DNA of 64,000 nt from Heterodontus francisci (taxonomy: Eukaryota). Numbering within the stretch: position 1 is the first letter of the stretch; the number at the start of each line of letters is the position of its first letter. The position numbers and the translations under genes are program-made. Below the pieces are notes generated by a model. That model was not told the origin of the DNA. It did no database searches and was given only the letters and a program-made list of their open reading frames with translations. The stretch is from the NCBI RefSeq assembly GCF_036365525.1, contig NC_090376.1:138024986-138088985 (forward strand), read 5' to 3'. This document shows, piece by piece, positions 38,337-52,706 of this stretch.

Positions 38337-38900
38337 GGGGGGGGGGGGGGTCCGAAAATTTAGCGTGGAGATGTCCGCCACAAAACCCAATGACGTAATG
38401 CCGGTTTACGATTTTCTTGGAGGCGGCAAAGTTCAGTGGTGGCACTCTGCCACAACGCTACGGGATCATAATTTAAATATATTACATACCGTTTTGCATG
38501 AATTTGGATCTAATTCACTGTTATCCTACCAGGCGTTCGCAATCTTATGCATGAGGTGAGAGTCGTTGGTGCCTGCAAAGGTTAGGTAAGTTATGCATTG
38601 TTATCTCATGGAATTTATTTTCACATTGGATATTGCCACTGAGCTCAATGTGCAGATGTGAGGGAAAAAGGGACGTCTGCAAGTGCAGACTGTTGGGAGG
38701 AAGGAGGGACCTCTGCATTCCAACATCAGGAGATGCCGTTAACTGCATTGCCAATGCCAACCCACCATGTGATTGGGGGAGGGGGAGAAATGGTGCCATC
38801 ATTATGCTAAATGGATGCCCACCATGTAATCGTGGCGGCATAGCTGCTAACCTCACAGGCGGGGCCGCCGTCATTTTGCGCACCCGCCACAATTTGCCTT
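38337..38900. mobile_element. CpG-rich MITE-like DNA element
   Basis: Sharp CpG-rich island in AT-rich flanks with internal AGGTAAGT. Termini are degenerate (CCGAAAATT / AATTTGCC). Confidence 0.45.
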
Positions 38901-39104
38901 GTTTGATTCTTTGAAGGAATCAAGGCAGATTATACAGGTAGGAAATGATACCTGGCTATTTTAGGTATAACCTTAAGATTTTGTAAGTCTAGCCCACTCG
39001 CAAATATTTATGTTTTTCAGCACAACTTTATGAGAAATCATGTTGTATAGGCAGTTAAAACCTCTTCTTTTGTGTTTCTGAAAGGAATATTACAGTGAAC
39101 AGAA

Positions 39105-40015
39105 TGTTACGACCAGGTGAGAAAGGGGCATAGGGGTTCTCTCTCAGCCTTTTCCTGGTTTGGCTGTAACAGGGTTTAATTTTTAAAACACCGTGTTTTA
39201 GCTTCCCCTCAGTGAATCCTTGTTCACTGCTCTCCAATTGTAGTGGCAAAGAAATCAACCAGACAGGTTTTCTTAGATTTAAACAAGAAAGGTGTAAGTT
39301 TATTAACCTTAAAACTCTAATTCAGTTAAAACTACTAAAATATGCAACACAACCACGCTAGCATGCATACGCGATGAACACACATGCAGATAGAGACAGA
39401 AAAGGAGAAAGAATCAAGGGGAAAGGTTTGAAGCAATAGCTGGAGTTCATTTACTGTCTTTTGCGTTTGATGTAAAGTCTTTGATTGCAGTTCGATCTTG
39501 TCATCTTGGTGGGACCCAGTACACACTTTCAAACTTGTTTTGATGGCTTTCTGTCTTCTTGAAATCCAGTTGCAGTTTCTTTTTTATAGTAAGAGAGAAA
39601 GAGAGGCAGGGAGAGATGCTGTCTCTTCAAGTTCAGTTGCAGTCAGATTTTTTCCTGTGTAACAATTCAAACCAAACCTGGGCCAGTTATGTGATTAGCT
39701 CCTGTTTTTGGACCAACCTGCACAGCGAGTTTTTGTGGATTCTTTCAATCCTGGTCGATATCCTCAGTAGGGGGCTGGAATACTGACGTTCACACATCCA
39801 ATGTCTTTTGATCAAAATCCATTTGGTTAATTAAATAAGGGATCAGTTCCATTGTCTTCTCCAGGCAACTGTCTTTTCCAATGCAAATGTTTCCAGTCAC
39901 TGTCCTGTTAGAATGCAGGTGCAGTTATGTTTTCAGTCCAGTAAGAGTTTAAAATTAATGTTCCATATGCCAAAATTAATATGCCACAATCTAGGCAGGT
40001 GGGGCTTTCATCACA
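39105..40015 (-). mobile_element. Solo LTR of the Gmr1-like family
   Basis: TGTTACGACCAGGTGAGAAAG is the reverse complement of the 55060-55080 LTR end. Perfect 4-bp TSD AGAA/AGAA. Confidence 0.9.
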
Positions 40016-40629
40016 AGAATTTTATGCTTTCTGATCATTCAAATTCTAGCATTAAACATGTGCATTAAAACTGGATTAGAGTCTTTATGCATATCAAGTA
40101 AATCCTGCAGTAAATCAGGATTATGTTTCTAATTTGTGGTTTCAAAATGGAAACTTTGGGGGAAATACATATACATTCAGTCCTGAAATTAATTTTAAAG
40201 CAACTAGCAGTATTTTAGTGTAAGAATCTAAAACATTCTTGACTAACTTAATGGTAATTTAAGTAAAATTTGTGCTTGAGATTTGCAAAGCTATTCAAGC
40301 CAGGGGGGCATTGATAGTTCAGATAAAAGTTGTTGCTTTAGTTAGTTGTACAGAATCCTTATTAGCATGTTTTGAAAGGCCAAAAGAGAAAAGCTGCAAT
40401 CTGCTTTTCCACAGATAGACGAAAGCTATTGGTCTGTGAAGAATATCACACTTTTGAAGCCATGCTATGTTTAGCAAGAGGCCCAACGGTCATAAACAGG
40501 GTTAAAACGAACAAACAGCCATACTTCAAAACTGTGTTTTCCTTTGATGCAAAGTTAGAACCTTAGTGAAACTTTATGTTTCGATAAATCTGATAAGAAA
40601 TAAAACTGGATATAAACAAGTGAGTCATG

Positions 40630-41474
40630 GGGCTGCATTTTAAGAGCCCGCCACCAAAGTAGGCAGCAGGCGTAAAAATTTGCAACTCACACGCACAGAG
40701 CCCACGTCGCAGAGCCACCGCAATTCTAAATGCGGTGGCTCATTACCATGTCCAGGGCAGCCACACCCCCCCCGATGATTTGGAGCAGGCAGGCAAGTCA
40801 TCGCCGGCAATGGCGTCCGGTGCCAATGCGCAGGCGCCGGCACCATTTTTAAAGGGCTTATAGCCCTAACTGAGCATTTAAATTTTTAAAGGGCCAGTTA
40901 CTGTAAAGTTTAAAAAATGAATGGAAAAGTCTTCCCATGCCCTCCCCACCCATGCTCCCCCCCCCCAACAATGGCATTAAACTTCATTTGAGCCCTTTCC
41001 CCTCACCCGGAATACCTACTTTCATTAAATGACCTTCCTCCCCACCCCTGCAAAGTTCAGACCCTTTGTCCTTTACCCCTTCCCAGCACCCCTCCAATGA
41101 ATCCAAGGAGTTTGACCCTGCTACCCCGCACCCCCTGCACTGAAAAATTTCCTCCTTCCCCCTCCCCACAGGAGTCGCACCTCGTTTTCCCCGAACGGGG
41201 ATACGAAGACGTGGCATTGCCGACCGCCTGAATGAAGATACCAACCTGCTGGCAGAATCGCTGCAGCCTGCATATTCATTAGAGGTAAGTCGGTATTTGC
41301 ATATTTTAATGCGAGTCCCATCTCCGAGCGGCTGGGCAGCCATCACGAGGCCTCGCTGCCGCCGCCGAGATCGGTGCGGGGCCTATCAGGGTTGGTGGTG
41401 GGCCTCCTCCATTGCAATCTCCATTGCCCCCCTGCCACCGTTCCTGGCATCGAACAGGCTTTAAAATCCAGCCC
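40630..41474. mobile_element. Harbinger-type MITE
   Basis: TIRs GGGCTGCATTTTAA / TTAAAATCCAGCCC, TSD ATG/TTG (1 mismatch). Colinear with 9138-9736. Confidence 0.85.
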
Positions 41475-41700
41475 TTGATGTCTGTTCCAGGGCATTGTAA
41501 AATCCAACTACAGAGATTTATCTCATTTAAGTGGTGTAAAGTTTACTTGGAAGCCGCAAGAAGATAACACAAGCTGACATTGAATGATGAGGTCAGCGAT
41601 TCTCTCTCTTCATTTGAAATGTAAAGAAGTTCAACTACGTCTGTTTTTCTATGATTTCTAATATCAGATAAACTTTTATTTAATTCACCAAGCAACAAAT

Positions 41701-42286
41701 TGTAAGAAGTCAGTAATTTGAGGGACTGTGATTGTTGAATTATCTTGGTGGTCCTGGAATGTGTGACCAGGAAAAGAAGCTGCTGTTGTTAGTGCTGAAA
41801 CCAATGTAAAAACATCTATAGTATCCAAGAGTTATGGAAAATTACTGAAGGAAGTTTAAAAAAAGATGGACCATGTTGAGACAGGACTTAACTATATTAT
41901 TTGAAAAAAGAATTTGACATATCATTGGACAATTGTAGCTTAAGGTGGATTTTGATAGGACAGTACGACAATTTCAACGGAACATCCTGCCCACCTTGGA
42001 AAGAAATAAAGATAATTGTAAGGAGTAATTAGGTGCTGCAGCTGGGCAACTTGGTCAGTTGCTGAGGAGTACATTCAATGGTCAGTGACAACTCACGAGT
42101 ATATATAACCCCTTGTAATGTATTTGTGACTAACGGATGGATTGCGTTGCCAACTGGTATTCCGAATAAATCTAGTAAAAGACATTAGTGTTTCATTTGG
42201 GTTTTGAGTGTTGTCTCATTATTTCTAGTAATGCTTGTATCCGAACCATAAAGTAACCTGTCAAAGGTGGAAAGTTACATTTTACA
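41701..42286 (+). mobile_element. Putative old solo LTR
   Basis: TGTAAG start, TATATATAA at ~42100, AATAAA at ~42165, TTACA end. No TSD found. Confidence 0.4.
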
Positions 42287-42757
42287 TTAGGTACCAAAAA
42301 ATTCAGACTTCAGAATTGGACCATTCACAGTTGGGGGTTTATGGGCCATTTAATACTTTGAACTTATTTTCTTTATTCCATTCTATGCTAAAATCCTGTT
42401 TGCTAACTTCAAATCTGACCTTTTCCAGGTATCCCACAGAGAAAAAAAATATTCAGCAGTTTAAGAAAGTACAAATAGTTTCTTAATTATTTTAGAGTGG
42501 TATCAGATTTACAGGTACCAGCAGTTAAGAAAGGTCCAGCTCTCCCTCCACCTTACTCCTGAGTTAGCATCAGTATATTCAGAACATCAATTTTCATCTG
42601 AATTAACATTTCCACTTTCATATTTGATGTAATTTTATCATTAAGTGCATGCAACCAACTTCTTTATACTGTACTCACTCAAGAGATTCACTAATCTGTT
42701 AGCTGCAGTACTCAAACATCCATAATCAAAAGCAGAATCAAAGTCAAAACCTTACAG

Positions 42758-43653
42758 TGTAAGGGGAACATATTTTTACACTGTTTTTATTCAGCTATTT
42801 GCTTGTCACAGTTTATCAAATTGTGAAATGTGCTTGTTACAGATGTAAACTGGGACTTGGTGATTTTGTGTGCAGAGTTTGACAAAGAGTGGTAGGAACA
42901 TGGAGGCGGAGGACAGCGGGACAAAGGGAGAAGAATTCTAACCAAAGACATCATCGCTGGGGCTCATTTTGACTTTCTAAAAATAAAGGCAGTTTTATAC
43001 TGAACAGTCACACACAGACACGCACACACGGGCACGTCAGGACATGTCATTAAGGTTGTGGCCCCAGACCATTACAACAACAGACACTTGGTCTACAACA
43101 ACTCTCATAGACAATGGCCTTTCGGAATATGTGTGAATGGCTTTCTTCCTGTCTTATCAAGATGCAGATATCACATCCGTTGCTGGTATGCTCCTAAGAC
43201 CCTCCTGTCAAGAGTAGGAAATTACCACATGCAGGTGGTCTTACATAGCCATGGTGGGATTAATAAGGCATTGAAACCCAATTGGATGACCCGATTCAAG
43301 ACATTACCTCTATGGCAAGGGACCAGGGTCATAAAGAGGTTTAAAGCCACAACCCACAAGGACATTGTTGCTGCAGTCAGGAACAGTGACCTGGTCAGTC
43401 ACTGAAGACATGAAGAGAGCTCATTCGGTGAACCGACCACCCGGAACGAACTCGTGCACGTGGGGTTACCAACTAGCAGTACAGTGAGTATATCAGTATG
43501 GTTTGGGTAGAAGTAAATAAACCAATTTGTGAGAACAAATACTTGTTATGTGCCACTGATATCAGAGTAAGGCAAGATTCCACTATATTTGGGGGAAATA
43601 CCTGGGGTAAATGGGTTACAACACAGACTAGGAATTCATCTTAAAATCTTACA
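42758..43653 (+). mobile_element. Solo LTR (third family)
   Basis: Inverted termini TGTAAG...CTTACA, flanks ACAG/ACAC, AATAAA at ~43516. Confidence 0.7.
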
Positions 43654-45283
43654 ACACAGTACAAAAATTCCCATGGAGATGCCAAAGACTTAACTTTGAT
43701 TTTATATGTTTAAAAACTTTTGTTGATAATGATCACATTTATCAATTGATGCCATTATCCCATAATCAAATGAAGCAGCTTCTAGCATGTTAATAAACAA
43801 TCACCACCACTTATACTCTGTATAGTTATCATGGGAAGCCACCTATATCAAGCAAATAATGCCAACCATTTACCATAGCTGTTGGAGTCAATTATAAAGG
43901 CATCCTTTTAAAGTATTAGGCGTACTGGATATTTTAGGCAGACTTTGTTGTATGTCATTTCCCCTCTTAATCTGCAACTTCAGTCCTCTCCCAGTTGTTT
44001 GGATAAAACATCACTTCCATTAAGTGCAATAGTTCTATTCGAATAGAACTTTAATGAGACTTTTGTTTCTACAGTCCCCCTCCCTTTCCCATGAGCCTGC
44101 AATCATGCTTTTCTTCCCCATTCCCGACCCACCAAAGTTGCAAGATTGAAGTTAGGATTGGAGAAATTGCACTCATCCCAGCACTCCCAGGAGTGACTCC
44201 TGAGCAAGTGATTGCTGGACCTGTAGCTCCTGATTAGAAATCACAGTATGGAATCATGGGTATGGTCTGGCATGTCCGGACTGGTCTCACTATTTTCCCA
44301 ATTGTCACAGTCAGAGGACAGGTGTAGTTAGTCACATGGCTGCCTCCTGTCTTCCTGCTGCTTGTCATACTGCATATAGCAGGCAAATCTCAGTAACACC
44401 AACACCCTGTTATAAACAGCAGGGCTTAATAGCAAAATGTTCGAAATGTTTGTACCATCAACTTTCTGTCACAACTCCATTTCCTCCAAATTAATAGTAT
44501 TCCAGCTACATAGACAAAATAAAAAAAGCTCTCTGAAATGCATTTATATAGAACCTTTTAACATCAGTGATAGCCTTCTCTCCTCCCTTCCCCTCCCTCT
44601 CACCTTTCTCCCAACCCATTTCTTCTCAGAATTCTCTTTCATCCTTCCCCCCATTCCCTTCCCTCTTCTCGCATTTCACCTCTCCTCTTCATTTCAACCT
44701 TCTCTTCTCCCTCCTCCCTTGTCCCCAACTCTAGTTCCCCTGTTCCACCCAGCTCTGTGAGATCCAGGCTAACTTGACTGCTGTCACTGTTTTCACTATT
44801 GAGGCCTCTAACTCTCTTGCAATGCTGTATCTTTGTCCTCTCCCCTCCCCAGCTTCTAAACCTTCTCCACCTTCCCCAACCCCAAATCAAACCCTACTCT
44901 TCCATTTTCGACCTGAATCTCTAAATCCTGCTCAATCTTCCTTTATACTCACTCCAAGTATCTAACCCTGGTCTGACTTCCCCATTCCCCACAAGGCCTC
45001 TAACCTTCATCTATATTCCATAATCCCTGCCCTCCAACACCACTGTATCTTCTGTCTTTGGATTCTCCCAGCATCCGGCTACTTCCTAGTTCAACTATCA
45101 ATCTTAACCCCACTCACCTGATCAGTGCTTTCAATGTGAACACCTCTTAGACAATGTATCAATAACATGCAATGCCAAAGGGGCGATCAACCAAGAATAC
45201 ATTAAAAATCTAACCTTCATGCGCATTACCTGTTAACTTTTTCTATTATAACCTCCAAAATCTGCCGTTGCAATGGAACCTGT

Positions 45284-45990
45284 GACCGGAATTTTACACC
45301 GCCCCAGTGGGTCGGATGGTGGCGTGGGAGCAGCGTAAAATTGAGTGGCAGACCAGGAGGCCTAACCGCCCTGATTCCACCTCTAACCAAGTTTACGGAG
45401 GTCTAGCAGGGGAGCGGGGGGTGGGGGGTGGGGGGTGAGAAGAGGCCCGCCCACCTGAGGCCAATCAAGACTCTTAAGTGGCCATTTAACAGCCACTTAA
45501 GGGTCCTCGCCCGCCACCACGGGTATTTTACCCGTGGCAAGCGGGTGTGCCGGGGACGTGAAAAGCTGCCCAGCTACGGCTGCCGGCACAGGGTGCCCGA
45601 TTGAGTGCCGCCCCCGCCTCCCAACCCAACCCCGGGATCCAAGACGCCCCCCCCCCCTCCCCCCAAACGACCACCCTAGCCTCAACAGGGCACGACCGAT
45701 TCCCCTGGTGAGGCAACCCAAACTTACCTTCAGTACTGGTTCCTTGGTATCCTCCTCGGTCAGCTGGGCTGTAATCTCAGCAGTGGCCACTGCTCCCGGC
45801 CCACTGATTGGCCGGCAGCTCACTGAGGCAGGACCTCCTCCCTCAAGTGGATGGAAGTCCCGCCTCGGGCCAATTAAAGCCTGGGGATCCATAAAATGCG
45901 GGACAGATCCCCAGACTGGGCGGAAGTGGGTTCAGCACCGACATTTACGTCGGAGTCCGGCTCCTGTCCGCCCACTGTAAAATTCTGGCC
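45284..45990. mobile_element. Harbinger-type MITE
   Basis: TIRs GACCGGAATTTTAC / GTAAAATTCTGGCC, 3-bp TSD TGT/TGT. Confidence 0.9.
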
Positions 45991-47208
45991 TGTTTATGTA
46001 AACTTGGCACACTATAATCACACTCTATCTCCAATGAAGATGCTGTAATCATACCATTGGCGGGAGGGTATAATATTGTGTGACCAATTTATGTTGGCTA
46101 TTTCCATTATAAAAATGGACATGAGGATTTGTAAGGGAAATATTAATATAGGTACAGAATTCATATATTTAAAATGAAACTTCAATTACATCTGTATGCT
46201 CTGGGCCAATTATTCCTGTCCTCTAACCTTGCTTGGTATTGACTCCTCATGTGCAATGCCATGGGAGATTGCCACATATGTATAAAAATTAAAACCACTA
46301 ATTTACTGTTTTCACAGAATAATGGACATAGTTATTGAATTTAATCTCAAAAGCACCAACAATATTGTCAAATTACCAAGTAATAAATATGGTGTATGAT
46401 TTATTCAATGCAATTCCTTGCAATACAACACATACCTAACGCTATAAAACAACATAAACTGTGAACTACCATGAGAAATACCTTGGAAAATCTGCTAATA
46501 TATATTTAAATCTGTAAATTTCTGCATAATCACCATAATTTAATATTGCCAAACTTTGAACTTCTGTAAAGCTTCCATTTTAAGTGTTCAACAAGCCTTA
46601 TATTATAATGGTATCTTTATCTTGTTTCACTTGTTAAAAACTCCATAGTTATTGCCAACAGGGGAATCAGAATTCTCTGTGTTCAAACGTTCTTAATGCC
46701 AAAAAACTGATTCTCTATCATAAACCTGTTTCCATCTGAGATTTCAACATTTCAACTAATATATTACAGATTCCAAATAAATCCTACTAAAATGGGCTTT
46801 TGTTGAAAATCATTTTGAGTTCATAATAAACATCACTCTCACCGTTAAATAAACATTTTAATTTAGTTGCTTCTCGGCTCATTGAGCACTAGAGATAAGT
46901 TATTCCAATTGGATAGTAATGGACGACTTTTAGTTCTCAGCATGTGCTCTGTGACTACCATTAGTACTAAAAATGGAACATTACATTTCTCTCATGAGTT
47001 GCAAAAACAATGATTCTTCATATTTCCGAGTCATAATCTTTTATCTTTCTTCCCGTCTATGTGCCTCTCAGCTCTGCAGTTAGTAACTGATACTCAATAT
47101 TGATATAATGTGTGTTCTGCTCTTTTGGGAGAATTATGCAATGGGAACCTTTAAAATCATTCCAGAGTGGTGAGTCAGAACCTATTTCACACCAAAGCAT
47201 ATACATTG

Positions 47209-48050
47209 TGTCATGCTAGGCCCCACGTGCCAAGAATGAGGCACATCAATTTTGTCATGAACATTGAGTTTTATCTGCTGTCAGAGCGAGGAAATGACTT
47301 GTTAAACAGATCAGCTGTGGCTGGAAATAAACATTTACATACTAACAGAGATATCAAAGGTGAGGAAGCGCATTCCAGGGCCTGCTAAGGAGGATATAAT
47401 CTACAAGGGCCAGGACTGGTTAGACCAGTTGGTCACATGACTACCTGGCTGTTCCATGGTTTTCTTTTGAACTGGCCACAGAGAGTTTGAAGGCAGAGTG
47501 TCTGTTTGCTCCTGAACTGAGAATATCTCTCCTGTCTGCTCCCATGTCTTTCTCACAAACCTCTGAATCCACTGACGACACATGAACTCCAAGAGAGAAA
47601 GGTCTTCAACAGCGAACAAGGTTTAAGAAGAATACTGTGCCCCAACGAAAAGTAAGATCTATCTACAATCAAGGAATCTACAGAGAACTTGAAGAACTGT
47701 AACAAAAACTCTTCAGATATTGCCTCAAACTTTTCCACTTTATTTTTCTTCTGCTCTTTTCTGTCTCTATTTGCATGTGTGCATTGTGTGTGCATGCGAG
47801 CATGTGCGTGTCGAAGAGCCATAGGAGTTAACCGAATTAGTTTAAGTTTCATAAATTTCAACTTTTCTTCTTTAAACCTAAGAAAGCCTGTTTGTGCTGG
47901 TTTCTTTGCCTTATAAATTGGCAAGTGGTGAACAAGGACGCACCAAGGGGGAGCTATAAACACGGTGTGTTTAAAATTAAATTCTGTTGTGGCAAGATCA
48001 GGTGAAGGCTGAGAGGGACCCCTCGTCACCTTTCTCACATGGTTGTAACA
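47209..48050 (+). repeat. 5' LTR
   Basis: Direct repeat of 54232-55080 with TG...CA ends. Confidence 0.92.
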
Positions 48051-48191
48051 AAAATTTGGGTGCTAGCATCCAGAATTTTACCCACAGACAAAGGAGAGAA
48101 ATTGGAAGTGGGAAGCCAAATTGTTCCCAATCAAAAAAGAGCAACATTTCAATACAGGTTTTCTTGTGGTTGTGTGCACTTGAATACTAAT

Positions 48192-48546
48192 ATGTCTGTG
48201 ACTGAAGCGAGTAGCTGTCCAAGCCAGGGTGAAGTAACTTGGGATAAGTTAAAGGCACTGTCTATGGAGGAGTTCAGGAAAATGGCTGAGCAGTGTGGGA
48301 TCACTGAACGTGGCAAGGCTCAGAAGTCTGAACTCTTAAGGCTGGTGGTCAACTATTTGTCCCTTGCATCTGAAGAAGCAGAAACAGGGTTAGAAGCAGA
48401 CTCCAACAGGGTATTGATAGCAAAGATACAATTGGAACAGAGGTAACTTGAATTTGAGGAAAGAGGGAGGGAGAAAGATAGAGCCTTCCAGAAGGAATGT
48501 GAAGAGAAAGAAAGAGAGAGAGAGAAGAAAGTCAGGAGAAGGAACC

Positions 48547-48577
<31 letters not shown>

Positions 48578-49500
48578 AGAGAGAAAGAATATTCCAGAAT
48601 GAATGCGAAGAAAGAGAGCTGAAGCGGCTTCAGATAACTAGGGGGTGACAGACCAACCCCAGTGAAAGCATGGCCAATATGGAGGAGCCTAATTCAGAGC
48701 TGGGTACAGAATTGCTAAAACTAGCTCAACTCATTCCAAAATCCAATGAGGAGGATGTAGAGCACTCTCTCCCACTCTCCATAAAGACCCATGTGGAGGA
48801 GCAGCAGGCTTAGAGAGCCCAACAAGTGGCTGTTTGAGCTGATGAGTTTGCTTTAATTTTTAAGTTGATTCCCAGGGGAGAACCTTTCCTCGTCACCCCC
48901 ACAAATCCGAAAGGGACAAAGGGTGGGAAGGTGATAGGAGCCGAAGCAGTCCTGGGAGAGAAAGGAAAGCAGGAGACACAGAGGGTCCTACTCTAGCCAA
49001 AAAAGGTGTTGTGGGCAAGAGTGAGATCTGGAGACCTGTGTGCTTCCATTGTAGTAAATCAGGGCATTTAAAAGCTGACTGCTGGAAACTAAAAGGAAAA
49101 CCTGTAAGATTAATCAGGGCATACACACTCAGTGAGGATGGGACCCTAATGGAAAGCACAGCAGAACAAGCTGTGGCTTTAACTGCAGCAAGAGTGAGAC
49201 CCAGGAAGCCCACTACTGCAAATGCAGTAAAAGTTAGTAGGATTCCTGAAGGTTATCAGGGTTTTGTGTCTGAAGGGAAAGTAACCCCATACCCCTCAAG
49301 TGGGGCAAGCAAGCCCATTGTACTTCTCAGGAACACAGGGGTCATTAGATCCTTTTTACTGGGAAAAGGCCTGACCCTTCCCCCAGAGAGTGCAGTGAAC
49401 ACCAGAATGGTGGTGAATGATACTGGAGGGCAGTTTATGCCTGTACGTGTACACGGGGTGCACCTGGAGTGCGACCTAGTTTCGGGACCGGTAACCATAG
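48192..49500 (+). pseudogene. gag-protease remnant
   Basis: Helical N-terminus (WDKLKALSMEEFRKMAEQCGI...KSELLRLV), E/R coiled coil, CCHC knuckle CFHCSKSGHLKADCW, and protease-like KPIVLLRNTG (LRDTG type). Confidence 0.85.
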
Positions 49501-52500
49501 TTTTTTTAAAATTCATTCATGTGATGTGGGCGTCGCTGGCTATGCCAGCATTTATTGCCCATCCCTAATTGCCCTTGAGAAGCTGGTGTTGAGCTGCCTT
49601 CTTGAAACGCTGCAGTCCATGGGAGGTAGGTACACCCACAGTGCTGTCAGGAAGTGATTTCCAGGATTTTGACCCAGCGACAGTGAAAGAACGGCGATAT
49701 AGTTCCAAGTCAGGATGGTGTGTGACTTGGAGGGGAACTTGCAGGTGGTGGTGTTCCCACGCATTTGTTGCCCTTGTCCTCTAGTTGGTAGAGGTCGCGG
49801 GTTTGCAACGTGCTGTCTAAGGCGCCTTGGTGCTTTCCTGCAGTGCATCTTGTAGATGGTACACACTGCTGCCACTGTGCGTCGGTGGTGGAGGGAGTGA
49901 ATGTTTGTGCATGAGATGCCAATCAATGCTTTGTCCTTAGGGCGGCACAGTGGCGCAGTGGTTAGCACCGCAGCCTCACAGCTCCAGGGACCTGGGTTCG
50001 ATTCCGGGTACTGTCTGTGTGGAGTTTGCAAGTTCTCCCTGTGTCTGCGTGGGTTTTCTCCGGGTGCTCCGGTTTCCTCCCACAAGCCAAAAGACTTGCA
50101 GGTTGATAGATAAATTGGTCATTATAAATTGTCACTAGTATAGGTAGGTGGTAGGGAAATATAGGGACAGGTGGGGATGATTGGTAGGAATATGGGATTA
50201 GTGTAGGATTAGTATAAATGGGTGGTTGATGTTCGGCACAGACTCGGTGGGCTGAAGGGCCTGTTTCAGTGCTGTATATCTAATCTAATCTCTAATCTAA
50301 TCTAAATGGTGTCGAGCTTCTTGAGTGTTGCTGGAGCTGCACCCATCCAGACTTGTGCCTTGCAGATGGACAGGCTTTGGGGATTCTGGAAGTGAGTTAC
50401 TCACTGCAGGATTCGTAGCCTCTGACCTGCTCTTGTAGCCACGGTATTTATATGGCGACTCCAGTTCAGTTTCTGGTCAATGGTAGCCCCTAGGATGTTG
50501 ATAGTGGAGGATTCAGTGATGGTAATGCCATTGAATATCAAGGGGAGATGGTTAAATCCTCTCTTGTTGGAGATGGTCATTGCCTGGCACTTGTGTGGTG
50601 TGAATGTTACTTGCCACTTATCAGTCCAAGCCTGGATATTGTCCAGGTCTTGATGCATTTCTACACGGACTGCTTCAGTATCTGAGGAGTTGCAAATGGT
50701 GCTGAACATTGTCCAATCATCAGCGAACATCCCCACTTCTGACCTTATGATTGAAGGAAGGTCATTGATGAAGCAACTGAAGATGGTTGGGCCAAGGACA
50801 CTACCCTGAGGAACTCCTGCAATGATGTCCTGGAGCTGAGATGATTGACCTCCCACAACCACAACCATCTTCCTTTGCGCGAGATATGATTTCAACCAGC
50901 GGAGAGTTTTCCCCCTGATTCCCATTGACTTCAGTTTTGCTCGGGCTCTTTGATGCCATACTCAGTCAAATGCTGCCTTGATGTCAAGGGCAGTCACTCT
51001 CACCTCCCCTCTTGAATTCAGCTCTTTTGTCCATATTTGAACCCAGGCTTCAATGAGGTCAGGAGCTGAATGGACCTGGCGGTACCCAAACTGAGCATCA
51101 CTGAGCAGGTTATTGCTGAGCAAGTGCCGCTTGATGGCACTGTTGATGACACCTTCCATCACTTTACTGATGATTGAGAGTAGACTGATGGGGCGGTAAT
51201 TAGCCGGGTTGGACTTGTCCTGCTTTTTGTGGATAGGCCATACTTGGGCAATTTTCCACATTGCCGGGTAGATGCCAGTGTTGTAGCTGTACTGGAACAG
51301 CTTGGCTAGGGGTGTGGCAAGTTCTGGAGCACAGGTCTTCAGTACTATTGATGGAAGATTGTCAGGGCCCATAGCCTTTGCAGCATCCAGTGCCTTCAGT
51401 CGTTTCTTGATATCACGTGGAGTGAATCGACTTGGACTTCAGGAGGAGGCCGAGTGGAACATCAACTCGGCACATCTGGCTGAAGATTGTTGCAAGTGCT
51501 TCAGCCTTATCTTTCGCACCAATGTGCTGGGCTCCCCCATCATTGAGGATGGGGATATTTTTGGAGCCACCTCCTTCAGTTAGTTGTTTAATTGTCCACC
51601 ACCATTCATGACTGAATGTGGCAGGACTGCAGAGCTTAGATCTGATCCATTGGTTATGGGATTTCTTAGCTCTGTCTATCGCATGCTGCTTTTGCAGTTT
51701 GGCACGCACATAGTCCTGTGTTGTAGCTTCACCAGGTTGACACCTTATTTTGAGGTATGCCTGGTGCTGCTCCTGGCATACCCTCCTGCACGCTTCATTG
51801 AACCAGGGTTGGTTTCCTGGCTTGATGGTAATGGTAGAGTGGGGGATTTGTCAGGCCATGAGGTTACAGATTGTGGTTGAGGACAATTCTGCTGCTGCTG
51901 ATGGTCCACAGCACCTCATGGATGCCCAGTTTTGCATTGCTAGATCTGTTTGAAATCAATCCCATTTAGCATGGTGGTAGTGCCACACAAAATGATGGAG
52001 GGTATCCTCAATGTGAAGGTGGGACTTCGTCTCCACAAGGACTGTGCAGTGGTCACTCCTACCAGTCCTGCCATGGACAGATGCATCTGTGGCAGGCAGA
52101 TTGGTGAGGACGAGGTCAAGTATGTTTTTCCCTCTGGTTGGTTCTCTCACCACCTGCTGCATACCCAGTCTAGCAGCTATGTCCTTTAGGACTCGGCCAG
52201 CTCGGTCAGTAGTGGTGCTACCGAGCCACTCATGGTGATGGACATTGAACTCCCAGAGTACATTATGTGCCCTTGCCACCCTCAGTGCTTCCTCCAAGTG
52301 CTGTTCAACATGGAGGAGTAGTGATTCATCAGCTGAGGGAGGGCGGTAGGTGGTAATCAGCAGGAGGTTTCCTTGCCCATGTTTGACCTGATGCCATGAG
52401 ACCTCATGGGGTCCAGAGTCGATGTTGAGGACTCCAAAGACAACTCCTTCCCGACTGTATACCACTGTGCCGCCACCTTTGCTGGGTCTGTCCTGCCGGT

Positions 52501-52706
52501 GGGACAGGACATACCCAGGGATCGTGATGGCAGTGTCTGGAACATTGTCTGTAAGGCATGATTCCGTGAGTATGACTATGTCAGGCTGTTGTTTGACTAG
52601 TCTGTGGGACAGTTCTCCCAACTTTGGCATAAGCCCCCAGATGTTAGTAAGGAGGATTCCGCATGGTCGACTGGGCTGGGTTTGCCATTGTCATTTCTGG
52701 TGCCTA
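49501..52706 (-). mobile_element. APE-RT LINE (same family as 13096-16150) inserted into the protease of the LTR element
   Basis: APE 51956-52630. RT motifs LDIKAAFD, AGVPQGSVLGPTIFSCFINDL and MFADD. Protease reading resumes after it (SLPVAGVDLLLGND). Confidence 0.95.
49940..50305 (+). mobile_element. HE1-like V-SINE inserted in the LINE
   Basis: GGCGGCACAGTGGCGCAGTGG head, GGTTCGATTCC B-box, V-domain and (CTAAT)n tail. It splits the LINE sequence GCTTTGTCCT|ATGGTGTCGAG. Confidence 0.95.
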
